Source: an uncultured Chthonomonadaceae bacterium (lineage in GTDB: Bacteria; Armatimonadota; Chthonomonadetes; Chthonomonadales; Chthonomonadaceae). From it: DNA of 64,000 nt. Below are positions 1 through 10,571 of the stretch, one piece after another; positions within the stretch are counted from its first letter, which is position 1, and each line of letters starts with the position of its first letter. The notes under the pieces were generated by a model. That model had not been told where the DNA came from and did not search any database. It was given only the letters and a program-made list of their open reading frames with translations. Position numbers and translations under genes: made by a program. The stretch is taken from positions 32,001 to 96,000 of the forward strand of contig CAWFQB010000007.1 in NCBI GenBank assembly GCA_963817895.1. Direction: 5' to 3'.

Positions 1-960
1 GGGCAGAATCTCAACAATTTGCGTTACGGCGGCGGGTACGGCGGGCAAACGGAAAGCGTCAAGTCCTTCCGTATTCGGGCCGACAAGCGCGGCATGTCCC
101 CCGCCGCGCGTAATATCTTCGGCAAGCCGCCGATGCAGCAGGGCCGCGCCGCCTTCCCCCTCAAAAATAAGCGTGAGAACGTTTGCGCCCGCCATTTCCA
201 ATGGGCCGTGCCGAAACGCCGCCGCGCTCATGCCTTCGGCGTGTCGGCGCGTGGATTCCTTCAATATCAAACCCCCTGTGCCTGTGGTAGCAAGCGAGTC
301 GCCGCGCCCCGTGACAAACACGCTCTGAATCCCTTCCAGCAATGGCAGCAGTTCCGTAACATGTTCGCGCCATTTGCCGAGGTATTCGCGCGCGGCGCGT
401 TCCGCTTCCGCCAACTCCTCCAACGCGGCGCGAACATCCCCGCCCGTCAACTGCGCCGCCAGCCAGTGCAGCGCGGCAAGCGTAGCGACATAAGTTTTGC
501 AGGAAACCGAAGACTCGACGCCCGCATGAAGCAGAATCTTGCTGCCCGCCGCGCGTCCGAGCGGCGATTGTGGGTTGTTGGTGACGCCGATAAGATAGCC
601 GAACCGGGCTGCCTGTTGCGCCAGAGCGACGATTTCCGCGCTTTCTCCCGACTGCGAAATGGCGACGAGCAGCGTTTGCGAACTGTAAAGCGGCTCAAAA
701 CCGAAAAGCAACTCCGCCGTTTCCATCCAGTGTGAGGTATACCCGGCGCGGTGCAGGGCGCGATGCAGGGGATAGGCCGCATGAAGCGAACTGCCCATGC
801 CCGTCAGTACAATGCGCGCGAATTTCCCCGACTGCCAATCGGCAAGCAAATCCGCGTCAAGCGTCAGTTCCGCCAATTTTGCCCGCGCTTCGCGCAGAGT
901 GTCCGGCTGCGCAAGCAGGTCGTGGAAATACGCGCCTTCGATAAGTGCGCTATTTGTCAT
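1..960 (-). CDS. SIS-domain sugar isomerase / glucosamine-6-phosphate deaminase-like protein (3' end runs off window)
   Basis: Not in ORF track because it has no stop in the window. Manual translation from ATG at 960 gives MTNSALIEGAYFHDLLAQP...IVLTGMGSS...LVAISQSGESAE...SVSCKTY...EGMSAAAFRHGPLE, i.e. tandem GlmS/FrlB-type SIS motifs. Confidence 0.85.
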   Translation of the reverse strand, partial: MTNSALIEGAYFHDLLAQPDTLREARAKLAELTLDADLLADWQSGKFARIVLTGMGSSLHAAYPLHRALHRAGYTSHWMETAELLFGFEPLYSSQTLLVAISQSGESAEIVALAQQAARFGYLIGVTNNPQSPLGRAAGSKILLHAGVESSVSCKTYVATLAALHWLAAQLTGGDVRAALEELAEAERAAREYLGKWREHVTELLPLLEGIQSVFVTGRGDSLATTGTGGLILKESTRRHAEGMSAAAFRHGPLEMAGANVLTLIFEGEGGAALLHRRLAEDITRGGGHAALVGPNTEGLDAFRLPAVPAAVTQIVEILP

Positions 961-974
961 TCTTCAGTGAACTC

Positions 975-2750
975 CTATCGTTGGAACGGCATGGCTCTGT
1001 TGGTTGGCACGGGAATACGCGGAGTTGTGTAGCGCAGATTGGGCGTGACAAAGCGCGTCGCCGGAGGGTTCGCGGCGGTAAGATTCGGCTTGACCCCGCT
1101 GTTCCTTTCTGCGCCAATAGCCTCTTTGCGGGGCTTGCCGAAGTCTTCGGGGTTGAGATACTTGCCCGCTTCTGTTCCGGTTTTCTCCTGCTCCACTTGC
1201 AGCGGATGGTGTTTGGCGTAAGCGTCCGCGCGTACCGCTGTTACCTGCCACGAAACCTTCAGGCCGGGTTTGCCTCCCGCGATGGCAAACTGATTGTGGT
1301 CCATCTCGCGGTCTACATACACGGGAGCGTAGCCGCCCACACAGGTAAGCTGGTAGCGGCAGTCGCTATTTTCCGCTTGAAACCACTCGGGCATATCAAT
1401 AGTCGCTTTACCGTCGCTGTCGAGCAGGGTGTTGCCGCTATACGTGTTGAGTTGTTCGCTGCTTTCCACGCTGGCGTGAACGAGGTATTTGTGAGCAGGA
1501 TCGAGCGGATGATCTATTTTGAAGTGCTTGGTCGCCGCGCTCAAGGTTCCGGTGACCTGCACATCCCCCTGAAAGTAACCCGCGTACCCGCCGTTGCCCA
1601 AGGGAGCGCCATACACGCCCACGCGCCCGTAGCCCACCACGCCCAAACCGGCATTGCACTGTCCCTGCAAGCCGACAGCGTTGAGGAAGCCGTTGTCGTT
1701 ACGAAAGTAGCCGCTCGGGCTTTGCGTGGAGTTGCCGATCCCGATGACCGCTGCGCCGCCGGCAGCATTGGTTCCATACACGCCTGCCGCTTCCGCGCGT
1801 TCCGTGTATCCGTACACGCCATATCCATTCTTGCTTTGCCCCCACGTTCCCGCGCCGGAATTGGTGTTGACGCCGTACACGGCCGGGTCGTTGGGGCTGG
1901 CGCTCACACCGGCGACAGCCGTGGTGGTGATGCTGCTGCCAAACACGCCTGCCGCGCTGAAGACGCCGTTGGAGTTAATGCCGTTGCTGACGCCGTACAC
2001 GCCATACGTGCCTGTCGTTCCTCCGGGGATGCCGCTTATTCCATACAGCGCAGTACCTATGTCATTCGTGCCGAATACCCCCGGAAAGGTGAGAGCGCCT
2101 CGACCCCACACGCCGACCGCAGGCGTGGTTCCTGTGGACGCGCCATAAACGCCCGCAGACGTGGCGACGCCGTTGAAGACCGGTGGGGGAATGGAGGTGG
2201 AACCGACAAACCCTGTGAGTCCTATCACGCCGTAGCCCATAGCGCTTCCGCCGCGTACCCCAACGGAGAGGCCCGATCCATATACGCCTGTATCGCCGGA
2301 ACCCTGTACGCCTATGCCCGTGTTGGTACTGCCCGTAAAACTGGCCGTGCCGACCACGCCTCTGCCATCCTGAGATGTAGCCTCCCCCATCATGCCCACG
2401 CCTTGACTGCCCGTATTCAGGCCATAGATACCCAAAGTGTTGTGTTGGGTGGCAGTTCCCTGAATAGCAGTAGGGGTAAGAAAACTAAACTGACTTGTAC
2501 CCGTATTCGTAACAGCAAACGCCGCGTGGTCGGTAGACGCGGAACCCTGATAAGGCAGCGTCCAAATCGTGCCGTCACCGAGAGCGGGTTCATACGCCAG
2601 CGTGACGCCGAGCAGCAGGATGGTTCCCGCGAAGCGCTGCACAAAGCGCTGCCGGGGAGCGCGTGTCCGCAGCCAATTCAGGAAGCGGGTAACGCCTGCA
2701 TGAGACGGGACAGGCTGAGAGTTGGTTTCAAAGCGTTGCTTTTGCATCAT
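975..2750 (-). CDS. Secreted Gly-rich (GVxG repeat) protein with conserved C-terminal FKIDHPLDP domain
   Basis: AAAGGAG SD before ATG 2750; hydrophobic N-terminal segment; many GVYG/GVFG repeats; C-terminal KHFKIDHPLDPAHKYLVHASVES...KVSWQVTAVR. Confidence 0.75.
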   Translation of the reverse strand: MMQKQRFETNSQPVPSHAGVTRFLNWLRTRAPRQRFVQRFAGTILLLGVTLAYEPALGDGTIWTLPYQGSASTDHAAFAVTNTGTSQFSFLTPTAIQGTATQHNTLGIYGLNTGSQGVGMMGEATSQDGRGVVGTASFTGSTNTGIGVQGSGDTGVYGSGLSVGVRGGSAMGYGVIGLTGFVGSTSIPPPVFNGVATSAGVYGASTGTTPAVGVWGRGALTFPGVFGTNDIGTALYGISGIPGGTTGTYGVYGVSNGINSNGVFSAAGVFGSSITTTAVAGVSASPNDPAVYGVNTNSGAGTWGQSKNGYGVYGYTERAEAAGVYGTNAAGGAAVIGIGNSTQSPSGYFRNDNGFLNAVGLQGQCNAGLGVVGYGRVGVYGAPLGNGGYAGYFQGDVQVTGTLSAATKHFKIDHPLDPAHKYLVHASVESSEQLNTYSGNTLLDSDGKATIDMPEWFQAENSDCRYQLTCVGGYAPVYVDREMDHNQFAIAGGKPGLKVSWQVTAVRADAYAKHHPLQVEQEKTGTEAGKYLNPEDFGKPRKEAIGAERNSGVKPNLTAANPPATRFVTPNLRYTTPRIPVPTNRAMPFQR

Positions 2751-3099
2751 GGTGGACTCTCCTTTGTGTAAGCGGGGGGAGGTTGTAAGGGGCAATGCGG
2801 CAGAGTATTCCCTGCGATTTGCGCGATTTCCTGCTTCCTGCATACTGTTTTCGCGGACGGAGGTATTTCGCATACAGCGCGTTCCGCTTTTTCAGGCGCA
2901 TAGCGAGTGGTTTCAACAGGAGTTTTGACAAAGGGTGGCGAATAGTGCGGTGAAACATCATCGGCGCGGGAATGACGCCAAACAAAGCGCGTATAAATAT
3001 AGATAATCCGCAATGACAAGGTGGAACGAACCCGCCCTGCGCCGCTGAACAGAATAGCCCATTCATGTAAGATTACAGTATTGAAAGGGAGCAGACGCC

Positions 3100-4080
3100 G
3101 TGATTTATGAACACGCGACGGAATTTGCGGGCAAGCCCGTGAAAGACTGGAATCTTGGCGACGCCGCCGACCCGCAGTTTACCTATCGAATTCTGGTGGA
3201 CTACGAGGATGCAACGCTGTGGATGGACAAACTGGCTGCATTTCTGGAAACGCCGGGGGCGGAACAGGCGACCGGGCTGATTGTGGGCAACTGGGGCGAG
3301 GTTGCCAGCGGCGATGATTCCGCCGAACTCGTGGAAGCGCTGACCGTTGCCCGCGACCGCCTGCCCAACCTGACCGCGCTGTTTATGGGCGACCTTGTGG
3401 GCGAAGAGAGCGAACTCTCGTGGATCAACCAAACCGATGTGTCGCCCCTGTTCAGCGCGTATCCCCGGCTGGAACATTTTCGGATACGTGGCGGCGCGGG
3501 ATTGCGCTTTGGTGGACTGCACAACCCACATCTGAAAACGCTGATTGTGGAAACCGGCGGTCTGCCCGTGGAAGCCCTGCAAGACATTCTAAACGCGCAA
3601 CTGCCCAATCTGGAGCATCTGGAAATCTGGCTTGGCGAAGAAAACTACGGCTGGAACGGCAGCATTGACAGCCTGAAACTCCTGATGGAAAACGATCTGT
3701 TTCCTAAACTCGCTTATCTCGGCCTGCGCAACAGCGCCATTTCCGATGCGATTGCCGCCGGATTGGTCAACGCGCCTATCATGCAGCATCTGCGCGTGTT
3801 GGATTTGTCTATGGGAACGCTGTCAGACGAGGGCGCGAAAGCTTTGCTGCAAAGCCCGCACCTGTCCCGGCTGGAAAAACTGGATTTGCACCACCATTAC
3901 CTGTCCGACGCCATGATCGCGCAACTGACCGGCAACCCCGCGCCGGACGCGGCGGCGCAGCCGCCCCTGGAGGGCATTGCCCCCGAACTGGCCCGTTCGC
4001 CCGGAATCGGCATCGTCGTGGATGTCAGCGACCCGCAGCATGAAGAAGAGTATGGGCGCTATGTTGCCATCGGAGAGTGA
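3100..4080 (+). CDS. STM4015-family leucine-rich-repeat protein
   Basis: LRR-like units (LPNLTALFMGD, LPNLEHLEIWLG, FPKLAYLGLRN, LRVLDLSMGTL), ELSWINQTDVSPL motif, C-terminal RYVAIGE; first gene of the operon. Confidence 0.85.
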   Translation: MIYEHATEFAGKPVKDWNLGDAADPQFTYRILVDYEDATLWMDKLAAFLETPGAEQATGLIVGNWGEVASGDDSAELVEALTVARDRLPNLTALFMGDLVGEESELSWINQTDVSPLFSAYPRLEHFRIRGGAGLRFGGLHNPHLKTLIVETGGLPVEALQDILNAQLPNLEHLEIWLGEENYGWNGSIDSLKLLMENDLFPKLAYLGLRNSAISDAIAAGLVNAPIMQHLRVLDLSMGTLSDEGAKALLQSPHLSRLEKLDLHHHYLSDAMIAQLTGNPAPDAAAQPPLEGIAPELARSPGIGIVVDVSDPQHEEEYGRYVAIGE

Positions 4081-5266
4081 AACGCCGGAAATCGAACCGC
4101 TGCCGCCTGTGTCCCGCCCATTTGTCGTGATCGGCAATCCTTTGTGTCCCCGCGTGGATCGGTTTCAAACCGCGCTTGCGGGGTTGGGATTGCCGCCCGC
4201 GCAGGAAATCGCGTGGACGGACATTCTGGCGGGAGCGTCTGTTTGCCCGATGTGGTTCCTCCCGGCGCGATTGTCCGATTGGAAGCGCCCGGAACCGCCT
4301 TTCAACGGAACGCGCATTGCTGGCATTGGGGGCCGACCTGCCCGACCCGGAAGCGAAATACGAGCGTATTCCAAAACACGATGCGGCGAACATGGAGTTT
4401 CGATAAGGGGCGAATCGTCTGCCCCCGGCAATGGTATCTTGGGTTTCAAGCCGTACTGGAAATCGTGGAAGCGCAGTTAGCCGCCTGCGTCCACATTACG
4501 CGCATGAACCACCCGCCCGATATTGCCGTGATGTTCGACAAGCCACGTTGTCAGGAACGATTGCGGCTTGCAGGATTGCCGATTCCGCGCCCGTTGGGAA
4601 TTATCGCCGGATACAACGATCTTGTCGCCAAAATGCAGGCGGCGGATTGCGGGCGCGTGTTCGTGAAACTGGCGCACGGTTCGAGCGCGTCCGGCGTGGT
4701 GGCGTACCGAACGCAGGGCGACAGGCATCAGGCCACGACAACCGTGGAAATGGTAAAGCGGAACGGCAAACTGTTCTTATACAACACCCGCGATATACAG
4801 GTGTATACGCGACCCGAATGTGATTGCGGAACTAATAGATGCGCTGGCGCGGCATCGGGCAATGGCGGAAGAGTGGATACCCAAAGCGGGCATGGACGGA
4901 CACTGTTTCGATCTGCGCGTTGTCGTAATCGGCGGACAGGCGCAGCACGTCGTCGCCCGCCTGAGCCGCAAGCCCATGACCAACCTGCACCTGCGCAATC
5001 CGCGCCGCTCGTGGGAATTTGCGCGGGAATACATTGGCCCTGCAGCCGCCCATGCCGCATTGCAAACCGGTGAGGCCGCCCTGCGCTGTTTTCCCCACAG
5101 CCTGTACGCGGGCATTGATCTGCTGTTCGCGCCCGGCCTGCGCCGCCACGCCGTTCTGGAACTGAACGCTTTCGGCGACCTGCTTCCCGGCACACTCCAC
5201 GAGGGACGCGACACGTACACGGCGGAAATTCTTGCCGCATTGAGTGAGGAAGAAACAACGGATTGA
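4061..5266 (+). CDS. STM4014-family ATP-grasp protein (frameshifted in assembly)
   Basis: Pieces in three frames: VVIGNP, MFDK, VFVKLAHGSSASGV, EEWIPKA, FDLRVVVIGG, PMTNLHL, YAGIDLL, LELNAFGDLLP. Start overlaps the STM4015 stop. Confidence 0.8.
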
Positions 5267-5469
5267 GGAACCGCGAAATACGCGAAATAAACGAAAAGAA
5301 GAACAAAAGGAGAATAGACAGGATTAACAGGATTTTCAGGATTGAACAGGATTACAACAAGACGAAGGCTTGCCCCATCTGTTGTTCTCATCCGTGTTTC
5401 TCCGTGTCCTCCGTGTTCTCCGTGGTTTATCTTTTCTTTTTTCGTTTGTTTCGCGTGTTTTGCGGTTCC
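5267..5469. repeat. Nested inverted short-tandem-repeat element (9-mer units)
   Basis: ggaaccgcgaaatacgcgaaataaacgaaaag ... ttttcgtttgtttcgcgtgttttgcggttcc encloses (acaggatt..)n and (ccgtgttct)n tracts. Confidence 0.8.
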
Positions 5470-5495
5470 CATCGCATTGGAAGTGAGTGGACTAG

Positions 5496-6307
5496 ATGTT
5501 GAACGCGCGGGAACTGGTGGGTACGCATGACGTGCTGTTGGTGACGCTGGATACTCTGCGCTACGATGTGGCGCGGGATATGCTGGCGGCGGGACAAACG
5601 CCGTTTCTGGCTTCGCTGCTGCCCGAACGGGGTTTGGGAGGAGCGGCACACGCCGGGAAGTTTCACGTATGCGGCGCATCAGGCGTTTTTCGCCGGGTTT
5701 CTGCCCACTCCCGCCGCGCCGGGACGCCATCCGCGCCTGTTTGCCGCCCGGTTCGCGGGCAGCGAAACCACAATGGACGGAACCTGCGTGTTCGACGCGC
5801 CCGACATCGTGACCGGATTTGCGGCAACGTGGCTATCATACAGTTTGCATCGGCGGCGTGGGGTTTTTCAACAAGCAAACGGCGCTGGGAAGCGTTCTGC
5901 CGGGTTTGTTCGCGGAAAGCCACTGGTCGTCGGAATTGGGCGTGACCGATCCGCGCTCAACAGAAAATCAGGTTCGGCTTGCCGCGCAAATTCTGAACGG
6001 ATTGCCGCCGGAAAAGCGCGTGTTTCTATTCCTCAACGTATCGGCATTGCATCAGCCCAACCGCTTTTATCTGCCGGGCGCGATGGAGGACACGCTTGAA
6101 TCTCACGCGGCGGCGCTGGCGTATGTGGACAGTCAACTGCCGCCGCTGTTCGCGGCATTGCAGGCGCGCGGCCCGTCGCTGGTTGTTCTGTGTTCCGATC
6201 ACGGCACGGCGTATGGCGAAGACGGCTATGAAGGCCACCGCATCGGCCATTCCGTCGTCTGGACGGTTCCCTACGCCGAGTTTATCTTGCCAGGTGACAT
6301 ACGATGA
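5496..6307 (+). CDS. STM4013/SEN3800-family hydrolase (alkaline phosphatase/sulfatase fold; frameshifted)
   Basis: [59 protein letters not shown]. Confidence 0.85.
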
Positions 6308-6602
6308 TTGTGGAAGCATCAGGAAATTTGCTGGCTGCGGATGTGGACGCTCTGGTAAACACCATCAATACGGTCGGCGTCATGGGTAAAGGGATCGCGC
6401 TGCAATTCAAGCAAGCGTTTCCTGCGAACTTTCGTGCTTATGAAGCAGCCTGTTTGCGCGACAGGAAAACATCGGTTCGCTCGCGCTCCCGCCATTGGGT
6501 TGCGGGTTGGGCGGCTTGCAGTGGAGCGAGGTATGCCCACTCATTGAACAAGCATTCGCTGTCCTGCCGGATGTGGAAATTCGTTTGTATGTGCCGAAAT
6601 AG
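6304..6602 (+). pseudogene. Macrodomain (DarG-like) gene with internal deletion
   Basis: N-terminal [34 protein letters not shown] is joined out of frame to C-terminal [31 protein letters not shown]; the central INFPTK..HW segment is absent. Confidence 0.75.
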
Positions 6603-6626
6603 ACAAGAGTGTAAGGAAGCAACAAA

Positions 6627-8054
6627 TTGACAGTATCGCTTGATGCAACACCCTACGCGGGCTATACCTATGCGTACCCGCATAAGACGGCGTACCGCCC
6701 GCTTGTTCCGCCTGTATCCTTGAAGAATTTGTGGCAGGGCGAGAACCGGGACGCGCTATTCTTATATCTGCATGTGCCGTTTTGCGAGATGCGCTGCGGG
6801 TTCTGCAACCTGTTTACGACCGCGAACCCAAAGCAGAATTTTACGACCGCGTATCTGCAAGCGTTGCGGCGGCAGGCGGTTCAGGTACGGGAAGCGTTGG
6901 GGCAGGCGCGATTTGCGCGGCTTGCCATTGGTGGCGGGTACGCCGACGTTTCTCAACATCGCGGAACTGGAAGAATTGTTCGGGATTGTTACCGATCTGT
7001 ACGGCGTGGAACCGGGTGCAAATTCCCGTTTCTGTGGAAACGTCGCCGCGCACGGCGGAACCGGAGAAATTGACATGGCTGCGCGAACGGGGCGTGGATC
7101 GTATCAGCATGGGCGTACAGAGTTTCTCGAGCCGGAAGTGAACGCTTCGGGACGGGCGCAGAAAACGGCATGGGTGGAAGACGCGCTGGAACACATACGC
7201 GAAGCAGGCTTTCCTACGCTCAATATTGATCTGATTTACGGCCTGCCGCATCAGACGGTCGGCAGTTGGCTGTGTTCGCTGGAAATGGCGTTGCGCTGGC
7301 AGCCGGAAGAGTTGTTTTTGTATCCGCTGTACGTGCGCCCGCTCACCGGATTAGGACGCAAAGCGCAAAAAGTCGCAAAGTTTAAGACTGTCGGGAAGCA
7401 GGTACAACCACAAGGCGCGAAGTTCCGACGGTTTTCGATGACGCTGCATTAGAAGAATGAATAATGCCGCGCTTGCAGGTGATGATATTCGGCTTGCCTG
7501 CTACCGGGCGGGGCGGGAATTGCTGCTGGCGAACGGCTACGCGCAGGTGTCTATGCGGATGTTCACGCGCCTGAAAACCGGTTCCGAAGTTGCAAAGCCG
7601 GATGTGGCGTACTGCTGTCAGGAGGATGGCATGGTGGGGCTTGGCTGTGGCGCGCGTTCCTATACAACACGTTTGCACTACGCCAGCGAGTACGCGGTGG
7701 GCGCGCCGGGAGTGCGCGACATTCTGCGCGATTATGTCGGCAAGACTGCGGAAGCGTTTCAGTTTGCCGATTACGGTTACGCGCTTTCCGAAGCAGAGCA
7801 GAAACGGCGGTTCGTCATTCAATCCCTGCTGCAAACGTCAGGATTGGATCTGAGCGCGTATTTACAGCGGTTCGGAACTCGTTCCCCTCGCGGATTTCCC
7901 CGAACTGGCCGAACTCATCACGCGCGGATTGGCCGAACCCAACGGCAACGCGCTGCGATTAACCCCGGCAGGCATGGAACGCTCGGACAGCATTGGCCCC
8001 TGGCTCTACTCCCGCGAAGTCAACGTCCTGATGCAAACCTACGCGCTGCATTGA
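6627..8054 (+). CDS. STM4012-family HemN-like radical SAM protein (frameshifted)
   Basis: [69 protein letters not shown]. Confidence 0.85.
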
Positions 8055-8068
8055 TTACGATTCTAATA

Positions 8069-8133
8069 GCCCTCAATGGATGGCGTCCACTTGTAGACAT
8101 ACCCCTTCTCCCAAAGAAGCCTAAGCGAAGGGG
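8069..8133 (-). repeat. Dispersed hairpin element, family C (CCCCTCTCCC..GGAGAGGG-GTGTCCACAAGTGGAC-..GTGAGGGC)
   Basis: Reverse copy of the element at 23797, 27802, 36227, 42624 and 45588. Confidence 0.65.
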
Positions 8134-8186
8134 AACTCATAAAGGCAGACGCTAACTACTATTTCACTACGGGACACATTTTGTCA

Positions 8187-8315
8187 GGGGTTGAAAACCC
8201 CTGTCTACATGGCCTGCGGCCAAGCGTCCTTCGGACGCAAATGCTTGTTTACAGTCTCTCGCGTCCGAAGGACGTTTGGCGGAACGCCACTCAGACGGGT
8301 ATTTTCAATACCCGG
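8187..8315. repeat. REP-like composite palindrome, family B (GGGTTGAAACCC / GTCCTTCGGAC)
   Basis: ggggttgaaaacccc, gcgtccttcggacgc ... gcgtccgaaggacgt, cgggtattttcaatacccg; same layout as 32050-32182. Confidence 0.7.
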
Positions 8316-8353
8316 AAACAAGGCGAGCGGTAGTGAAACCGCTATTCAACACT

Positions 8354-9205
8354 ATGGAACTATCAATTCTTTATCGGGGGCCGCTGTCGAGCTGCAATTA
8401 TGGCTGCGATTACTGCCCGTTCGCCAAGCATGTGGAGACGGATGCGGAACATGCGGCGGACGCGGCGGCTTTGCAGCGATTTGTGAATTGGATTACCGGG
8501 CGCGAAGAGGATCAGTTGTCGGTTCTGTTCACGCCGTGGGGTGAGGCATTGGTACGCAAACGGTATCAACGCGCCCTTGTCCATTTGACCAATCTGCCGC
8601 AAACCCGCAAAATCGCTATTCAAACCAATTTATCCTGCCGGCTGGAATGGACGGAAGAGTGCGACAAACAGAAATTGGGATTGTGGGCGACCTATCATCC
8701 GACGCAAACCACACGCGAGTTCTTTTTAGGTCAGTGCCGCAAACTGGACTCGCTTCAGGTGCGGTACAGCGTGGGCGTGGTTGGCATGAAGGAGCATCGG
8801 GACGATATTGAAGCCATGCGCCGGGAACTGCCGCCGCATGTGTACCTGTGGATAAACGCCTACAAGCGCGAAGCTAACTACTACAGCGACGACGAACTGC
8901 GCCACTTCACGCGGATTGACCCGCTTTTCCCCATCAACAACACGCGCCACCCCTCGCAGGGACTCGCCTGCCGCGCGGGAGACAGCGTTATCTCCGTAGA
9001 CGGGGACGGAACCATGCGCCGCTGCCACTTCATCAAAACTCCGATTGGCAACCTGTACGCCCCCGATTTTGCCGACTGTCTGCGTCCCGCCCCCTGTACC
9101 AACAAAACCTGCGGCTGCCACATCGGCTATGTCCACATGCCGCATTTGAAGCTGTACGAGGTGTTTGGGGAGGGCGTTTTGGAAAGGATGAGGGATGAAG
9201 GATGA
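8354..9205 (+). CDS. STM4011-family radical SAM protein with C-terminal Cys-rich (SPASM/Twitch-like) domain
   Basis: YRGPLSSCNYGCDYCPFAK; FTPWGEAL; C-terminal CRAG..DGDGTMRRCHF..IGNL..CTNKTCGCHIG. Confidence 0.85.
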   Translation: MELSILYRGPLSSCNYGCDYCPFAKHVETDAEHAADAAALQRFVNWITGREEDQLSVLFTPWGEALVRKRYQRALVHLTNLPQTRKIAIQTNLSCRLEWTEECDKQKLGLWATYHPTQTTREFFLGQCRKLDSLQVRYSVGVVGMKEHRDDIEAMRRELPPHVYLWINAYKREANYYSDDELRHFTRIDPLFPINNTRHPSQGLACRAGDSVISVDGDGTMRRCHFIKTPIGNLYAPDFADCLRPAPCTNKTCGCHIGYVHMPHLKLYEVFGEGVLERMRDEG

Positions 9206-9316
9206 AGGATGAAGGCAATGCCTTTTCTCTACTTGCCTTCCCCACGTTGAGGATGGGGCTATAAAGAAGCGCATCCTCTTCATCCCTCATCCTTCATCCC
9301 TCATCCTTCATCCTTT
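9183..9316. repeat. Inverted heptamer tandem repeat (GGATGAA)n/(TTCATCC)n, probable bidirectional terminator
   Basis: Visible directly; lies between convergent genes and supplies the STM4011 stop codon. Confidence 0.85.
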
Positions 9317-9317
9317 G

Positions 9318-10439
9318 CTACGTTTCCATCACCGGCTGATACTCGTCGGGATTGTCGAAACCGGCCAACCACGCGGCGGCGCGGCGGCACGTTCGGATTT
9401 CGGGCGGGACGCGCAGCATGTACTCTCGCTCGGTTGAAGGACAGGAAACGGACAGGCAGACGAGCGGTTCGTCACCGGCAATGGGAACGCGCAACAGGCT
9501 TCGCTTTCCGCCGGGATCGGTGTCCGTGTCCAGAACCTCTGCTTTCGCCTGCGCCATGAAGACCTCGTAGCCCATGCGTTCCATCAGGACGCGGCGCAAT
9601 TCCACATTCACCGTTTGCAGTATCTCATTGGGCTGAATGGTTTCCGGCTCAAAGGCGATACGGCGGTCAATGGTCACGCCGCGCCAGCGGATTTGCGCGT
9701 TCGCCACGCCCGGCGGCAGGGACGTGATGCCCGTATTGGCGATATCAATCCATGAGCGAACCCGCAGAGAGGGCGGCAAATCGGTAATGTTGGCGCAGCC
9801 GCTCAGGTCGAGTTGGGATATGTCCGTAAGCCAGTCGGGAAGGGCCGTGAACTGCATACAGCCCCGCGCCACTAATCGGCCTATCTGCACAGTGGCGTGT
9901 CGAGGCCAATGATGCATGCCCAGACAGCCGGAAATATCCAGAAACGAAACGTCCAGCCCCTCCGGCAGGGTTTCCAGACTGGTACAATCGCGCAGCAGCA
10001 GAGAACCGACTTTCAGGCCGACAGGCAACGTTTCCAACACTACGCAGCCGCTGCAATCCAGCCGAAAATCTACGCGCAGGTCGGAAGGCAGACCGTGCAG
10101 AAGCGTGTTGTTCAGGTTCAGTTCATTGCAATGCAGGCCATTTGGAAGGCTTTTCAATCCGGTGCAGCCCGTCAGGTTGAGACAGCGCGTTTTCAGGCCG
10201 TCGGGCAGAGTTTCCAGCGTGTCGCAGCCGCTCAAATCAATGTTGTCAGCCTGCAAACCGGCGGGCAGGGTAGTCAGCCAGTTTCCCCCGCTCAACACAA
10301 GTGAACCGGAAACGCGCAGGTTGGTGGGAGCGCGGTCTTTCAAAATCAACGCTGCCGCCTCTTTTGCCGGAACAGGCGCGTTGTTTTCTGAGGATGTAGT
10401 ATTGAATTCAATATCGCGGTCAAGGAGCAGGGCAGTCAT
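9318..10439 (-). CDS. LRR protein with C-terminal DUF6745-like domain
   Basis: ~20-aa repeats LxxLPxGLxxxxLDLSGC; C-terminal NVELRRVLMERMG..DEPLVCLSVSCPSTEREYMLRVPP..AAAWLAGF; GGAG SD before ATG 10439. Confidence 0.8.
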   Translation of the reverse strand: MTALLLDRDIEFNTTSSENNAPVPAKEAAALILKDRAPTNLRVSGSLVLSGGNWLTTLPAGLQADNIDLSGCDTLETLPDGLKTRCLNLTGCTGLKSLPNGLHCNELNLNNTLLHGLPSDLRVDFRLDCSGCVVLETLPVGLKVGSLLLRDCTSLETLPEGLDVSFLDISGCLGMHHWPRHATVQIGRLVARGCMQFTALPDWLTDISQLDLSGCANITDLPPSLRVRSWIDIANTGITSLPPGVANAQIRWRGVTIDRRIAFEPETIQPNEILQTVNVELRRVLMERMGYEVFMAQAKAEVLDTDTDPGGKRSLLRVPIAGDEPLVCLSVSCPSTEREYMLRVPPEIRTCRRAAAWLAGFDNPDEYQPVMET

Positions 10440-10458
10440 GGCAGATTCTCCGTTCAGA

Positions 10459-10571
10459 GGTGGTTGGTGACTGGTGGTTGGTGGTTGGTGGTTGGTAACT
10501 GCGTCTGCGGAAATGCGCGAAACCTTTAACCAGTACAACCAATCACCAGTCACCAGTCACCAACCACCAAC
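10459..10571. repeat. Inverted heptamer tandem repeat (TGGTTGG/TGACTGG)n
   Basis: ggtggttggtgactggtggttgg... versus ...ccagtcaccagtcaccaaccacc. Confidence 0.8.

Noticed and set aside
945..2771. Long antisense ORFs (also 29448-31400, 35160-36515, 37977-39305, 17958-18884)
   Set aside because: Shadows of genuine opposite-strand genes in GC-rich DNA; no motifs
3100..9205. RiPP precursor peptide for the ATP-grasp/radical SAM operon
   Set aside because: Short ORFs in the gaps (e.g. 5263-5502) are translations of repeat elements; no leader/core-like peptide seen
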